This document shows, in pieces, positions 59,458 to 59,582 of a stretch of DNA of 59,582 nucleotides (within the stretch, counting starts at the first letter, position 1; the number at the start of each line of letters is the position of its first letter). The notes beneath the pieces are model-generated. The model was not told the DNA's origin. It was given only the letters and a program-made list of their open reading frames with translations, and searched no databases. Made by a program: the position numbers and the translations under genes. This DNA comes from Candidatus Omnitrophota bacterium (GTDB lineage Bacteria > Omnitrophota > Gorgyraeia > 1-14-0-20-64-10): assembly GCA_016201735.1 (NCBI GenBank), contig JACQCH010000014.1, positions 1-59,582 on the forward strand, given 5' to 3'.

Positions 59458-59582
59458 TTGACCGATTTCCCCCTATGATCTATACTGGGCCTACTCCCCG
59501 ATGGTTCAACGATTCCATTGGGGAGGAGACCGCATGGTGCCAATCGTGGACTATCCGCCGGTGGTTCAACGCTACTTGCCCC
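59458..59582 (+). other. Promoter (TTGACC-N17-TATACT), GGAGGAG RBS and a truncated ORF from 59534; possibly an IS transposase start
   Basis: MVPIVDYPPVVQRYLP runs off the window; resemblance to IS701-like N-termini is from memory only. Confidence 0.3.

Overview
GC-rich bacterial chromosomal segment, probably one whole metagenomic contig: it begins inside a repetitive giant gene and ends in what may be an IS transposase start. Gene content and style suggest a PVC/Omnitrophota-like groundwater bacterium (inference, unconfirmed). Coding content is mostly housekeeping: a giant secreted LamG/Ig-repeat protein, msrA, typA, purC, a MarR-TolC-RND operon, mutY, acs, metF, a complete A2-type cytochrome c oxidase operon, a peptidoglycan-peptide recycling cluster, greA, a thiolase, two toxin-antitoxin-like pairs and three AAA/DUF4143 ATPases. 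The unusual signal is non-coding. (1) Four copies of a cloverleaf MITE-like element all sit in ATGA sites with a duplicated TGA; at three stop/start-overlap junctions the element end rebuilds a GGAGG ribosome-binding site plus GTG start for the downstream gene. (2) An 18-bp frame-preserving micro-insertion family (14-bp CCGG-N4-CCGG palindrome plus 4-bp spacer) occurs in five unrelated genes. (3) A duplicated metF 3' end brackets an ATPase cassette. (4) A G11 tract in a promoter spacer lies upstream of a c-di-GMP-I riboswitch. (5) Many REP-like palindromes are translated in frame or supply start/stop codons. All calls were made by eye from motifs; no database searches were run.
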